From NCBI GenBank assembly GCA_016748015.1, contig JAAOMT010000566.1, positions 62,001 to 126,000 on the forward strand: 64,000 nt of DNA, written 5' to 3'. Positions 35,901 through 49,030 of this stretch are shown here, one piece after another (positions within the stretch are counted from its first letter, which is position 1; each line of letters opens with the position of its first letter). Position numbers and translations under genes: made by a program. This stretch comes from Geosiphon pyriformis uo1. Lineage: Eukaryota; Fungi; Glomeromycota. Under the pieces are notes generated by a model. It was not told the origin of the DNA. It did no database searches and saw only the letters and a list, made by a program, of their open reading frames with translations.

Positions 35901-38900
35901 CTAACTAATCTCCAGCTTCTCAAACCAGTCATTGAGATCATGCCAACAGAATTCAAGAACTGGGTACACACAAAACTTGAGTTCTCAGAACTATTTAAGC
36001 CTTTTAGTAATACCAAAAGATGCCTCATCTAGCAAAACGGAACTCAATTAAAATAAACCACTTATTAGCAATATTCCACCAGCCACCATCATAGAAGATG
36101 AGTCACTTATAGCTATATTTCTTTTCAAAATAGAAGAACCATCAGAAACACCTTTGTTTAGTGGAACTGCACTCGAAAAAAAACGCATCACTGTAATATA
36201 CACTAATGTCAAAGTTAATGGCCACTCCATTAAACTAATCCTCAATAGTGAATCAACTGGCAGCATCATCATAAGACAACTCATGAACCAATTAGGTTAC
36301 TGAGTTGATTGAACTGCCAGTACAAGAATCATCATGGCAAATAAAGCGACTAAAACTCCAATTAGCAAAATTAATGACTTCTCCATCAAAGTCAATAGTA
36401 TTATAGTACCAATCAAGGTACTAGTCATGGAAGCCACCCAATACCAAACACTCATTAGTAATAACTGGCTGTTCAAAACCAATGTGGTACTTAATTAAAC
36501 CCCCCAAGAACTTCAGTTAAGCCAGAACAGCTAACATAAGAGTACCAGCTTCTTGTGACCACTTTAAACCAACCATCATGCAACCACTAATCAAACTAAA
36601 AGAAAAAGAAACTAAATCTACTTGGAAAGCTTATCAAGTTTCTTGGGCCAACAAAAATTACAACAAGCTGCTGCCAGTATCTTCATAAGACAACCAAGGA
36701 AAAGGAAAAAGAAGAGAAGAACTTACCTGAAACACTGACCAATTATCATGGGATAACAATAATTAAAGCAAGTTATTATCAATTTGGATCTGGGAAGAAA
36801 AGAGAAAAGAGAAAAAAAAGGAAAGCAAAAACACACAAGACCCCAACCCTATGTATATTTTATATTCGGCACCACAACCACAAATCAGTTACCGTCAATT
36901 CAAGCTAGTATATGTTGATTGTGACAAAAAATTATTGACAATAGGCACATGCTGTAATGACAATAAGGAATACCAAATGGCAACTAAGTTTTATTGCCAC
37001 CCATGCATTATTAAACACTTTAAAAGACCAAAACAAGTTGAAAAATAGGATAATAAATCATGCTTGGCTTGTGGAGAAACACTTCTAGACAAAAAAATGT
37101 GGAACAACATTCCTGGGCAAAAAAGAATGTGCAATAAATTGTGTCAATACATGATTTTAATAAGTGACTGGGTTAGGAAAAAAATATTAATAGAAGCCAT
37201 CTAAAAAAAAGCTGTGAAACATTTGGACAGATGCCCCCATGATAACAATGAAATCTGGCAAATGGCACTTGCCAAAATTGAAGGAGCATCAACAGAAGAA
37301 ATAAGAATGATCAAAAATAATCCACCAGAATCCATAGAACTTAACTGAGGCTCAAACCCAAATATTATCCTAGAATCTATGGACCCAAAACAATTCTATG
37401 AGCATTATTAGGAATTAGCACTTATTAAAAAAGAACAAGAGCAGTGTTTAAAGCAGTTGAATACTCAATTATGTCAACATTGCTTAATTTCCTATGACTT
37501 TCAATATTGTAATAAGTGTGATCTCATTTACAATCTACCACTACACATGATCTACATAATTTCAAAAAAAAAAAACCCAATCAGCAGCTATGGATTGGAA
37601 TCGGAATCACTATTCAATTCCAATTCAAACTCTGACAATGATAACAACAAAAATAACAGTTCCAGCTCCATTTAAAATGGCAATGAAAACTATGATGATT
37701 CAAACTCTGATTTAAATCCAGAAATATACATTGCACTTCCTGATCTCACCAAGAAGCAAGAACTGAAATGGTTCAGTGATAATAACAAAAATATTATGTC
37801 AGAACATGCACATAATACTGATACAAGATTTGATCTAAAATATCTTAGAAAAGACACTATCAAATTAGAACCACATTTGCGCACATATATTGATCTCAAA
37901 ATAGCACTGGAAATCCCAGCAACAACAATGGTTCAACTAGCATTTAGAAGTAGTTTAGCAAAAAAAGGAATCAATATTAGAAAAGAAATAATTAATGCAA
38001 AATATATAGAAAACATTATTGTAATGCTACAGAATGACTCTGAAAAGGCCTATATTATAGAACTAAATGAAAAGATTGCACAGGCAATATTCTTATCTTT
38101 GGTGAAAATAGCTCAGTTAGTATCAGTGGGAAACAGAGAAAAATTAGAGATTACAGCTAGAGGGATACAGGGTTTTGGATTAATAGATAGAATAGATGTA
38201 TTAGTTAATATAGCAGAAGAAAAAATTGTTGACAAGAAAAAAATTATCTCCACCTCTCAATCAATTTCCATTCCACCATATAACCAGTACATGGTAGTTA
38301 TAGAGAAAAAAGTAAAAGATCAAATTCAAATTTTTGAGACAAAAGCAATACTGTATAAATCAAAAAAAATTGGATTAGTCAATCTACACATACCAGCCAA
38401 GAACCACAGTTATATTAAAATTCCTATTTACAACAACATGGAAAATGTCATCAAGATACTAAAAAGAACTACTATTGAATACTTAACCACCAAAATTGAA
38501 AACCAACTGCCAGATACTATTTCAGACTTTCCACAACTGTGTGAATATATAGATATCATATCACAAACAATATACAGACAAAAAAAATGTTATTTGCTTC
38601 AACCAGAACAATTGGAACAGATGAACTTGGGAAATCTAGACCCACTACAATATATGTAGCTTAAGATGTTACTCAACAATTTCAATAACATTTTTGCCAG
38701 CAAAAATAAATTTGGCAGAACCAATATCATCCAACATCAAATCAAGACTGGAGATGTAATGCCAATTAAACAAAGAGCATACAGAGTACCACCAGCCAGC
38801 CATGAGATCATTTATCAAGAAATCAATAGAATGCTTGACAATAGGTTAATTCAGCCATCAATAAGCTCATGGTTGTCACCAGTGGTATTAGTCTATAAAA

Positions 38901-41454
38901 AAAATGGAAAAATCTATTTTTGCATAGATTACCAAAAACTGAATGGAGTAACAAAAGGAGATAGCTACCCAACTCCAAATATCTAAGAACTTTTCGATGC
39001 TTTTGGAGAAAATAAATGGTTCTCAACTTTAAACTTAGACAGCAGTTATTGACAAGTAGCCATAAAACCAAAAGATAAAGAAAAGACAGCTTTTACAATA
39101 TGAAAAGAGAATTTTAAGTTTGAAATAATGCCATTTGGCTTGATGAATGCTCCAGCAACATTCTAATGGCTCATGGAAATTGTCTATACTAGACTACTGT
39201 GAAAATCAGTAGTTGTATACTTGGATGACACCAATGTGTTCTCAGAAACATTTGATGATTATCTGCATTATCTTCAACAAGTATTTGAAAGACTCAGATG
39301 AACAGAATTGAAATTAAATGCAAATAAATGCTTCTTTGGCAAAAGAAAACTCAAGTTTTTGGGACATGTTGTAAGCAAAGATGGTATCAAAATAGATCCA
39401 AATAAGATTAAAATTGTTAAAACTTTTTAGTACCAAATAATCTTACAGAACTAAGAGCATTCTTGGGATTTGCTGAATACTACCACCATTTTATCAAAGA
39501 CTTTTTCAAAATAGCTCACTCACTACACCAACTTTAAACAAAGAACACCAAATATAAATGGACTGAAATCCAACAAAAAGCCTTTGACACACTAAGAAGA
39601 AAACTTATTCAAGCCCCAGTATTAATCTATTCAGATCACAACAAATCATTTATCATCACCACTAATGTATTAGGCCAAGCATTGAGAGCAGTACTATCAC
39701 AGAGAGGACCAGATGGAAGAGAACATCCAGTAGTTTATGCCAGTAGAAACTTAAGTTCAGCCAAAAAAAACTATAGAACTCCAACATTAAAACACTTAGC
39801 AATCTATTGGGCTGTTATTAAATAGAAAAAATACTTAAGTTAAAAGTTTAATGTGTACATTGATCACAAAGGATTAATTTCAATCCAGAAGCAAAAATTT
39901 GGAGACGATTGCTATATCAGATGGAAAATAAAACTTTCACTATTTAATTATATAGTACATTATAAAAAAAGAAAAAAAAACAAAAATGCCAACAGATTGT
40001 TACAAATGAGACAAATCTAAAAACATTTCAACCCAAAAATATAACAAAAAATGAATATACAAAAATACCAATAACTTTAACATTATATAAATACTCAATT
40101 GTTTAAAGAAAAATTATCTCAAAAGGAACAAAACAACAATCAAAATACTTTATTAATTACCAAAATATATTTTACTGGAAAAACAAAAAAAATTCAGATT
40201 AACCAACCAGAATAATCACAGAACCAAAAAAAGAGACAATATTATTTAACATACACTCAGATCTAACAGCAAGACATTTTCATAAAGAAGCAACAATAGA
40301 AAAAACCAGAAAAAGATACTATTGACCATCAATATATCCAGACATCATCCAATATGTTCAAAATTGTGATGCTTGTCAAAGAAAAGGAGGAACAAAACCC
40401 AGTAAACTATTAAGACCAATTAAAATAGGACAACTATTTAATCATATTAGAATTGACTTAGTCAGACCATTAACAATTACTAGCAAAGGCAACAGATATA
40501 TTGCAGTACTTATGAATTATCTCACAAAATGGCCAGAAGCAAAAGCCATTCAAAGAGCAGATGCAGAATTTGTTGCCAAATTTGTTTATCAAGATTTAAT
40601 CTATTAACATAAATGTCTAAAAAAACTATTATCAGATCAAAGAACTCACTTTGTGAATAGAACATTGGCAGAATTAAGTTAAAGATTTGGAATAAAAAGA
40701 CCATTATCATCATCATATTATTCACAAACAAATGAGTTAGTTGAAAGGTTTAACAGAACATTGTGTGAAGCCATTGCCAAAATCAGTCAAAAAAACCAGG
40801 ACAAATGAGATTTAATTATACCATCAGTATTATTTACTTATCAGACAATAAAACAAGCCACTATACAAGCAACACTATTCGAATTAATATATAGTAGAAC
40901 AACAACATTACCAGTTGAGATAAAAGTCAAAACATATCCAACAAAACTAATAACAGAAGAGAATTTTCAAAGAACATTGTTAAGAAGAACATATAACTTA
41001 ATAAAAACACTAGAAAACACATGGTGAAAAGCAGCTGATAACATCTAAAAGTTACAAGAAAAACAAAAAAAAAGACATGATAACCAACTAAAGAAACCAG
41101 TTGAATTCAAGATTAGAGACAAAGTACTTTTATATTGTATTAAAGTGGAAAAACAATGGAATAGAAAATTTGACCCCAAATAGGACAAACCATTTCACAT
41201 AGAAAATTTTTTTGGAAATAAAGCTTATAAATTAAGGTTAAACAACAAAATCTTAACCAAAGCAGTACATAGTAATCGACTGAAATAATATCATCATATA
41301 GTATCATCATCTACCAATAATATTCTGCAATTAGGAGTACAGAGAATACTAGTTAAACCAAATGAGATTTTACAAGATTTAAAACTAATTATAATCATTG
41401 AACCAAACACATAAAATTGAACAACTAAAGAGTATATAAAAACACAGTATATGC
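32956..41454 (+). mobile_element. Gypsy B: Ty3/Gypsy with 5' LTR (about 32956-33775), PBS, gag, protease, Cys-rich region, dUTPase, RT, RNase H, integrase; pseudogenised; 3' end cut by Gypsy C
   Basis: TAACA|TTTGGTGCT at 33771-33784; gag FTGKEDDAQVWL and QILNQFIRGL; protease LILNSEST; dUTPase RSSLAKKGI/IAQ/RGIQGFG; RT SPVVLVYKKNGKIYFCIDYQKLN, MPFGLMNAPATF, YLDD at 39218-39229; RNase H YASRNLS; integrase H-H-CDAC. Many premature stops. Confidence 0.9.
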
Positions 41455-44400
41455 TGTTATCAGACAAAATTAGAGATATTATTTAGCATGAAATTATTTT
41501 TATAATTCCTATTATTAATTAGCATATATTATCATTCAAAGTATCACTTATTACATTAGCAAAATGTTCAAAATTATTATTTAATTAATAACCCAATTTG
41601 CACATAACATAGATGTAATCTAATTGCAATAATCAATTATGCAATACCCCAAACTATGTAACATTTAAAAAGTTTGCCAAAATTTGTAGAAATTCGCTGA
41701 AATAATTGAAATATCTAATAGTTCACAGAAATAACTTGTAGTTCGCCAAAATGTATCTTTAGTTCAACAAAATTGTAGAAAATAGCAAAGTTCAAGTTCA
41801 TAGAATAGTGTTATAACAAGTTGTATAAAAGAAGAACTTCTTTCTTCGAGAAAATATATCTTACTTTAGATTTATTACTTAGAACCATTTCTACACACAC
41901 AAAAAGAAATAAATATCAAATAATTCGAAAAACCAAATTTTTTAATTATTGCACTTGGAAAAATCTCCAAAACCCAACTAACATTTCGAAATTAATTAGC
42001 TACTAATTTCAGTAAACTGTTAGTGACTTCAGGTCTGGATAAAAAACGTTTTCCTTGACAAAATTCTATTTTTTTTATATTTTTTTTATTTTTCTTTTCT
42101 TTTCTAATTACAATCATTAAAGTAGCCTACAGACAAGATTTCTGTAAAAGAGTTGACTTTCACAGCAAAGTAACTACACATTTTTTTAGTAAGCTTCTAG
42201 ATGAGCAATTTCTGGGAAAGAGTTGATGTTTACTACAATGTAACTACATAAAGTAACTGGCAAGAAATTGGCCATTCCATTTATAAGCCCAGCAGTTCAA
42301 ATTATAGGAGATAATTTGAAGATAAATTCAGTTACTGGAGGTTCAACCACATCCAGAAAACGTAAATTCACAGCAAACAGGCATCAACAACATTTAAGAA
42401 AAGAGACCAAAAACCTCCAATAATATTTGGTGCTCTCTCATGAAAATAACACAGTGACAACAATTTTAAAAGTGGTGACTCAAACAGATTCAAGAACTCT
42501 AGAGTATTATCAGTTAATCTACACTCACTGCAAGCAGAGATTTAACATCCCAAACAAAATTGAAACATTCAAGAAAACACTTTACCAATACATTGAAAAT
42601 CACATCAACAATTATCTTTTTGGAGACTACAATATTTCAGAAGTTAGACACAACTTATATGAAAGCTTAGTACATCACACTCATCTAAACACTCAGGATT
42701 TTAACAATCAAACACTTGAAACATACTTCCAAGAACTCAACTTCAATATCATTCAGTATTGTAAAGAGAATTACCCAATAAAACAGAAATTTTCTCTTGG
42801 TTTTGAATCAGAAACAGAAGAAGGAAAAGGAAAAAGGAAACAAAAACTCAGAACTACTCCCAATACATCTAAAACCACTGCCAAACATTTACAAACTCCA
42901 GAACAAGGAACCAGCTTTAAATTACCACTCTCAATTACATCATTTCTAGCTTTACTTGCTCAACTGCAAACACCAAGCTCACCTCTTATTTGATTTTCAA
43001 GAATAGAAGATTTTCAGTCACCCAAAGCCTTATTCAACAACAAAAACCAATATCAACTAGCACCAACTTTCTTGATTACCTACAGAAAAATGAAAGTAAT
43101 CATTCAGAAAGCTTAAAAAGTGAAAAAACTGAATCAGAACAAGAAACAGAAGACTCAAAAAACAAAGAAAAAATGGCCTCCACATATATCGCAAAAATTC
43201 CTGAGTTCACAGAAGAAGACAGCAAAACCAGTCCTCAAGAATGGTTTGACAAAGTTTTAAAAGCAGGAGATGCAAATGGTTGGAATGCTGCCAGAATGTT
43301 AAAAGCAATTCCATACTTCTTACAAGAAATGGCTGGTGAATGGTTTGAAAACTTGGAAGCCCCACCAGAACACTGAGAAGTATTCAAAACTGCTTTCCTA
43401 GAACAGTTCACTAACAATAACACTTCCATTACCCTTCAAAATTGGTTCTGAAATATCAAGCAAGAACCAAATGAATTAGTTATGACCTATCTTAGGAAAT
43501 TCAACAAACTGCTTAGAAGGATTTGCCAATTAAAAACCAATGAATACTACTCCAATGCACAAATTTTGGATCAATTCATTGTTAGACTAAAAGACAAACT
43601 CATCAAGAAAGTTTATTCACATGCACTAAAAAATTTAACCACTGCTATTCAACAGGCGAAAAACTATGAAATGACTATGGAAGAAGCCAACCGTACCAAA
43701 CTTGTTAACCTGGCTATTGGAGAAACCAGCTTAGCAGCTAAAAAAAAGATTGACCAATTAACCAAGAAAGTTAAAAACTACTTCACCAATTAACAGCAAC
43801 AACAGCAGCCATAGCAATCACAACAACCACAAAGATACCAATCCTCACAACGACGCAATCAAAACAACTTTGGACCACCATCCAATAACCAAATCCAAAA
43901 TTGTCATTATTGTGGAATTCCAGAACACTGGAAATACGATTGTAGAAAATTGCAATGAGACCAACAACAAAGAAATAATCAATGTTACCCTCCACCACAG
44001 CAATTTTATTATCAACCACCACCACCAACTTACTATTCACCAAGATCCCAATACCAAAGTAACTATTATCAACCTGTTTCACAGCCAATCCAACAGCAAT
44101 ATCAACAACCACCCACACAATATTATCAAGTACCTGCTCGAAAATTAATTCCACAAAATCAATTTACATCACAAAACCAATACCAAATAAACAACAATAG
44201 GATCAATTTGAACAACCAATTGGTTTCCTGAAATTCAGCTCAACCAAAACCCAACCATTATTATACTCAACTTAGTTATCTTACGATGCCAAAAAAACAG
44301 AATTTTTGCCATACTGTACTTTTAAAAGGTAGAGCTGCAGCACAACAACAAAACCCTTCCTATACTTCTATCACAATCTCACCAGCCAGAATTGCTGAAA

Positions 44401-46987
44401 ATGCCAACCTTTCAAATATATTTCTTTTTGAATTTGAAGCAAATGAATCACCATTCTTGCTTAGCAATGCAGCGGCTAACGAGCAAAAAGCCATCACTGC
44501 AATGTACACAGAAGCTGAAATAGAAAGAAAGCCAATTCATTTAATCCTAGACAGTGAATCTGCTGGAAGCATCATTATATATCAATTGATACAGCAGCTA
44601 AAGAAAAATGTTGACCAACCAGCTCAGACAATCATTGTTACTGCCGATGGCATGAAAAAGACTCCAGTAGGAAAGATTGACAACTTTCTATTCACAATTG
44701 ATGGAATCACCATTCCAGTCAAAGTTCTGATCATAAATGCTTCCCAATACCAAGCTCTCGTCAGAAATGATTGGCTCCAAAAAGCCAATGCTAATCTGAA
44801 TTGGGAGACACAAGAGTTAACAATCTTCTACCAAGGACAACATGCCCGAGTACCTGCCACTTGTGGTACATTCAACAAACGCTCTGAAAAAGTCCCAGCT
44901 TTTGAATTTGAACCAAAAGAAGAAAAACCCATTATTGAAACATTTATGGCACTTGAATCAACTTTCAATTGGGCTGATAAAACTGAACAACAGTATTTTT
45001 CAACATATGATTCCCTTGAAACAAAAGAACCAGTAACACCTGGATGGAATGTCTTCTATTCAAAACCAAAACCACAAAAACAATATTTTTACATTCCACT
45101 CAAATACAAAGATTGCCACAAAAAACTTTCATCAATGAGAGCCTGCATTTTACCTGAAGAAGAATATGAAAATCATACTTGTTATTACTGCAAGGCTTGT
45201 CATAGAGAATGATGGGGCCATCTAATAAAAAAAAATAGAAAATGGGACAACACTCTTTGTTTGACTTGTAGAGATATGCTATCAGAAGAATGCAATTGAA
45301 TTGATATAGCAATGAGAGGAGGAGTCTGTGATCAAACCTGCCAATATGCTTTATCAATTTCAGAAAAAGTCAAAAAAGGAATACTTTTTAATGCTGCTTA
45401 TAATAGCATTCTCAACAAACTGTACTATTATCCTCATGATGCCGAAATGATTTTTGATTTAGCAATGGCTTTAATTAATGGAGCCACTCAAAAAAATGTT
45501 TGTCAAATGAAAGAATCAGAATACATTGTATACACCTTTGAAATCACTGGATACAACTACAAAGATAAAATAAAAGTATATCACCAAATTGCCAGTCACA
45601 CCTACCTGACCAAAGAAGCTCAAGCTCAATGGCTAGAGCAAATGAACATTAAATTATGTGAGGAATGCATAATGCCTTGTGATAAACAATGATGTCCTGA
45701 ATGCTATGCTCTTAGTATTCCCTTGCCCAGCGAAAGTGATGAATATGAAATTGAATTCAGAGAACCTGAAGCAATAGAAGAAATAAAAGTCACACCTGTC
45801 TATCTTATTGAAAATCAGCCTGCTTTACAACTCAAATACTTCAACAACAATGGACAAGAAATAAAGCCTGAAAAAGCCCACAAAATTGATGCTGAATATG
45901 ATCTAAGATATTCAGGAAAAAACACCTTTACTCTTAAACCTAAATCGCTTACAAAAATCAACCTCAAAATTGCCCTCGAAATCCCACTAGAAGCAATAGT
46001 CCAAATCACTTCACGATCATCATTGGCAAGCAAAAAATTAATATTAGAAGAAGAATCATAGATACGGGATATACAAGAGACATTACAATCATGTTACAAA
46101 ATAAAACCAATAAACTTTTTCAGATTGAACATGCCAAAAAAATTGCTCAAGCTATTTATTTACCCTTAATTAACATTTCGGGTTTACAATTAGTCAGTCA
46201 AAGAGAACAATTGGGAAAAAGTGAAAGAGAAACCAAAGGTTTTGGTTCAACTGGACGATATACAGTTCCAGTAAACATAGCTCTTAACAAACAAAATGAA
46301 TCTCACCAGATTCTATGACTCTCACAACCAATCACTATTTCACCCTTTGGAGAACATCTGGAAATCTACACCTGTCCAAAGCCAACAACCACACAACAAA
46401 TTTTTGAATCCAATGAACAAGTCTGCTTGGAACATAATATCTCGATCCCAAACATTTATATTCCAGAAGGAACAAAGAAAGTTTAAGTTACTTTTTACAA
46501 TTCCAAGAATTATCCCATAGTTTTATTAAATAACTTAGAAATTGGAGTCATTCACAGTAACATCTTTCAACAAGAACTATCCCAAACAGTTTCCAATTTC
46601 TCGGAAATTATTGAACATTCACTACCAAAAATCAACCCAAACCCCAGTTCTGAAAACTACCATGTTGTCATGGAAAAACTATCTCGAATCAACATGGGAC
46701 AACTTGAACCACAACAACAAAACCAGCTCAAAGAGCTAATTGTGGAATTTGCCAATATCTTTGCTAAAAACAACAATGACTTAGAAAGAACTGATTTAAT
46801 TCAACACCAAATTTATACAGAAGATGCTAAACCAAAGTAACAACAAGCCTACTGAGTTGCTCCAAAAAGTCACCAATTTATCCGAGAAAAAGTACAACAG
46901 ATGCTTAACAATGGGCTTATTCAACCATCAATAAGTCCATGAGCCTCACTTGTGGTCTTAGTTAAAAAGAAAAATGGAAAGATATGT
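41455..46987 (+). mobile_element. Gypsy C: Ty3/Gypsy (same family as D); 5' LTR 41455-42425, PBS, gag, protease, Cys-rich region, dUTPase, truncated at start of RT
   Basis: LTR begins TGTTAT and is the reverse complement of D's LTR. Gag IPEFTEED..PQEWF, CHYCGIPEHWKYDC knuckle, protease ILDSESAGS, dUTPase KAHKIDAEYDL/RSSLA/ERETKGFGSTG, RT start VVLVKKKNGK. Confidence 0.9.
42428..42445 (+). promoter_or_regulatory. Primer-binding site of Gypsy C
   Basis: TGGTGCTCTCTCATGAAA two bases after the LTR end; related TGGTGCTTTTTGTGAAA at 33778. The priming tRNA is possibly elongator Met (inference). Confidence 0.75.
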
Positions 46988-49030
46988 AGGTTTTTAATTA
47001 CAATTATAAAAAATAGTAAATTTTATAGATATTTGAATATTATTCTGTTAATGATCAAATTTTTTGGCTTTAGTCTTAAGAAAACAAATTTAAATATTAA
47101 GTTTTTTTTATTTATAATATTATATAAAGCTATTTTTAACAAACAGTTTGTGTATTTAGTTTTGGTAATATTATAGTTTATTATTAAATACAAAATCAAA
47201 TTCAGTTTTATTATTAAAAATATATACAAAAATAAAACTGTTTGATTAAAAAAAGATTAAAAAATAAGTCTAATTATTTAAAAAATTTTCAAATAAGACC
47301 ATATATTACTTATTATTATATAATTTAAAAACATTTAATCAAATTTAAACTAAAAATAAAGTGTCTTTAATTGTTTGTTTTATTAATACTAAGAACATTT
47401 TAAACAAATTATTTAAGCACAAATTATTGAATTTATAAGTTTTGAATTAAATTTTTTTAAATTTTTTTTGGTTTTTAGTTAAATTTAAAATTAACTTTAT
47501 AAACAAAACATCACAAAAATATTTTTAAACAATAAAGTTTTTCTGATTATTAATATACTTAATACTTTTTATTTTAAGCATAATATTTCTGTTTTAGATA
47601 TATTAAGATCTCTGGTATATTTCAAAATTGTTTAGTTTTTTAAGTATTTTGGCAATATTTTTGCTGATTAATTGCTAAATAATTATAAACAATATTTTAA
47701 TTAAAAAAACCTTTATTATTAAAAACACATAAATTTTAGAAATTTAATTTTTTTATGATTTATTTATATTAAAGATTTTATTGTAAATAATAATTTAATT
47801 AATAAATTTTTACTGTTTTTAAAATGTTTTTTAAAACAAATATGTGCTTTGGTTTTTATTTGCTTTAGTTTACAAATTGTTTTTTTATTAAATATCTTAA
47901 TTTTTATAAATAAATTTGTTAAAAATTTTGAATTTTTTAAAACTGTTAATAATATTACTGTTTATTTTTCTAAGATTAATTTAAGCATTAATATAAAAAT
48001 ATATAATTTGTTGTTTTTGATTTTAACAGAAATATAAATTATTGTTTTAGCACTTAAGTATATTCTAATTTTGTTTGATTTTTTGATTTTTTTTAATAGC
48101 CAAGTGTTTTTAAATTTTTGTTATGCTAAATTTTTATTAAAGTATTCTAATTTTTATAACAGTTGCTAAATTAAATACTATCATATTAAAAATTTAATCA
48201 AATTTAAGAGTATTTTATATTAATTAAGTAAAAATTAAAGACTATTTTAATATTATAAGTAATAAATAAGCCAATATATTAATAAATTTAATTATGTTTT
48301 TAAATTTTGTTTTTTTAGTAAATGTTAAGAAAGAGTTTTTAATAGTAAAAAATTAAGTAATATTAAATAATACATATTATTTGATTAAGTTAATAAATAA
48401 TATTATAAAGTATTTTTTTTAAGAGATTGGTCTAAATTGTAAAGTTGTAAATTTTTTTTTATTGATAATATTAATTAATATTTTATTGCTTTTGTTTAGT
48501 ATTTTAATTTCTATATAATTATTAATTATATAAATAAATATACTGTTAATATATATATATATATAATAAAAGTTTTTTATAAAATATTATTAATTATTAT
48601 TTATAAATAATTATATAATAGAAATATTCAAATATATTATATATATACTGTAAATAAGTAAAGTTTTTATATCTTTATTTGTAGTTTAAAATTTGCTATT
48701 TGTTAAGAATTGATAAATAATTAGTTTATTTATTGGAGATTTTTAATTAATATAAGTTTAATCTTATTAATAATGCTTTAATTATTGATTTTAGATTAGT
48801 TTAATGTCAATTTGTATTAATTAGTAAAAATTAAGATAATTTTTGATAATGTCAAAAGTACTATATTAAAATTAATTAAGTTTGTATATAATTAAGTTAT
48901 TAATTATAGAGATTGTATATAGTTATTGAATTTAAAATTGTAAGTAAAAAATAAAATATAAAAATTTATTAGATAATAAAAATATAGAATATATTAATAT
49001 AGTGGATTTTTTAGCTATAGTATTTTATAA
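46988..49030 (+). mobile_element. 5'-truncated, extremely AT-decayed LINE ORF2 relic
   Basis: First 200 bp translate ITIIKNSKFYRYLNIIL...SLKKTNLNIKFF..ILYKAIFNKQFVYLV..KIKFSF, aligning with ISIAKRGESHRYLGIFL...SLAKAQADVRFF..VLRKAISDKQCAYLV..RTQFSF of the neighbouring LINE. Right end approximate. Confidence 0.7.
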
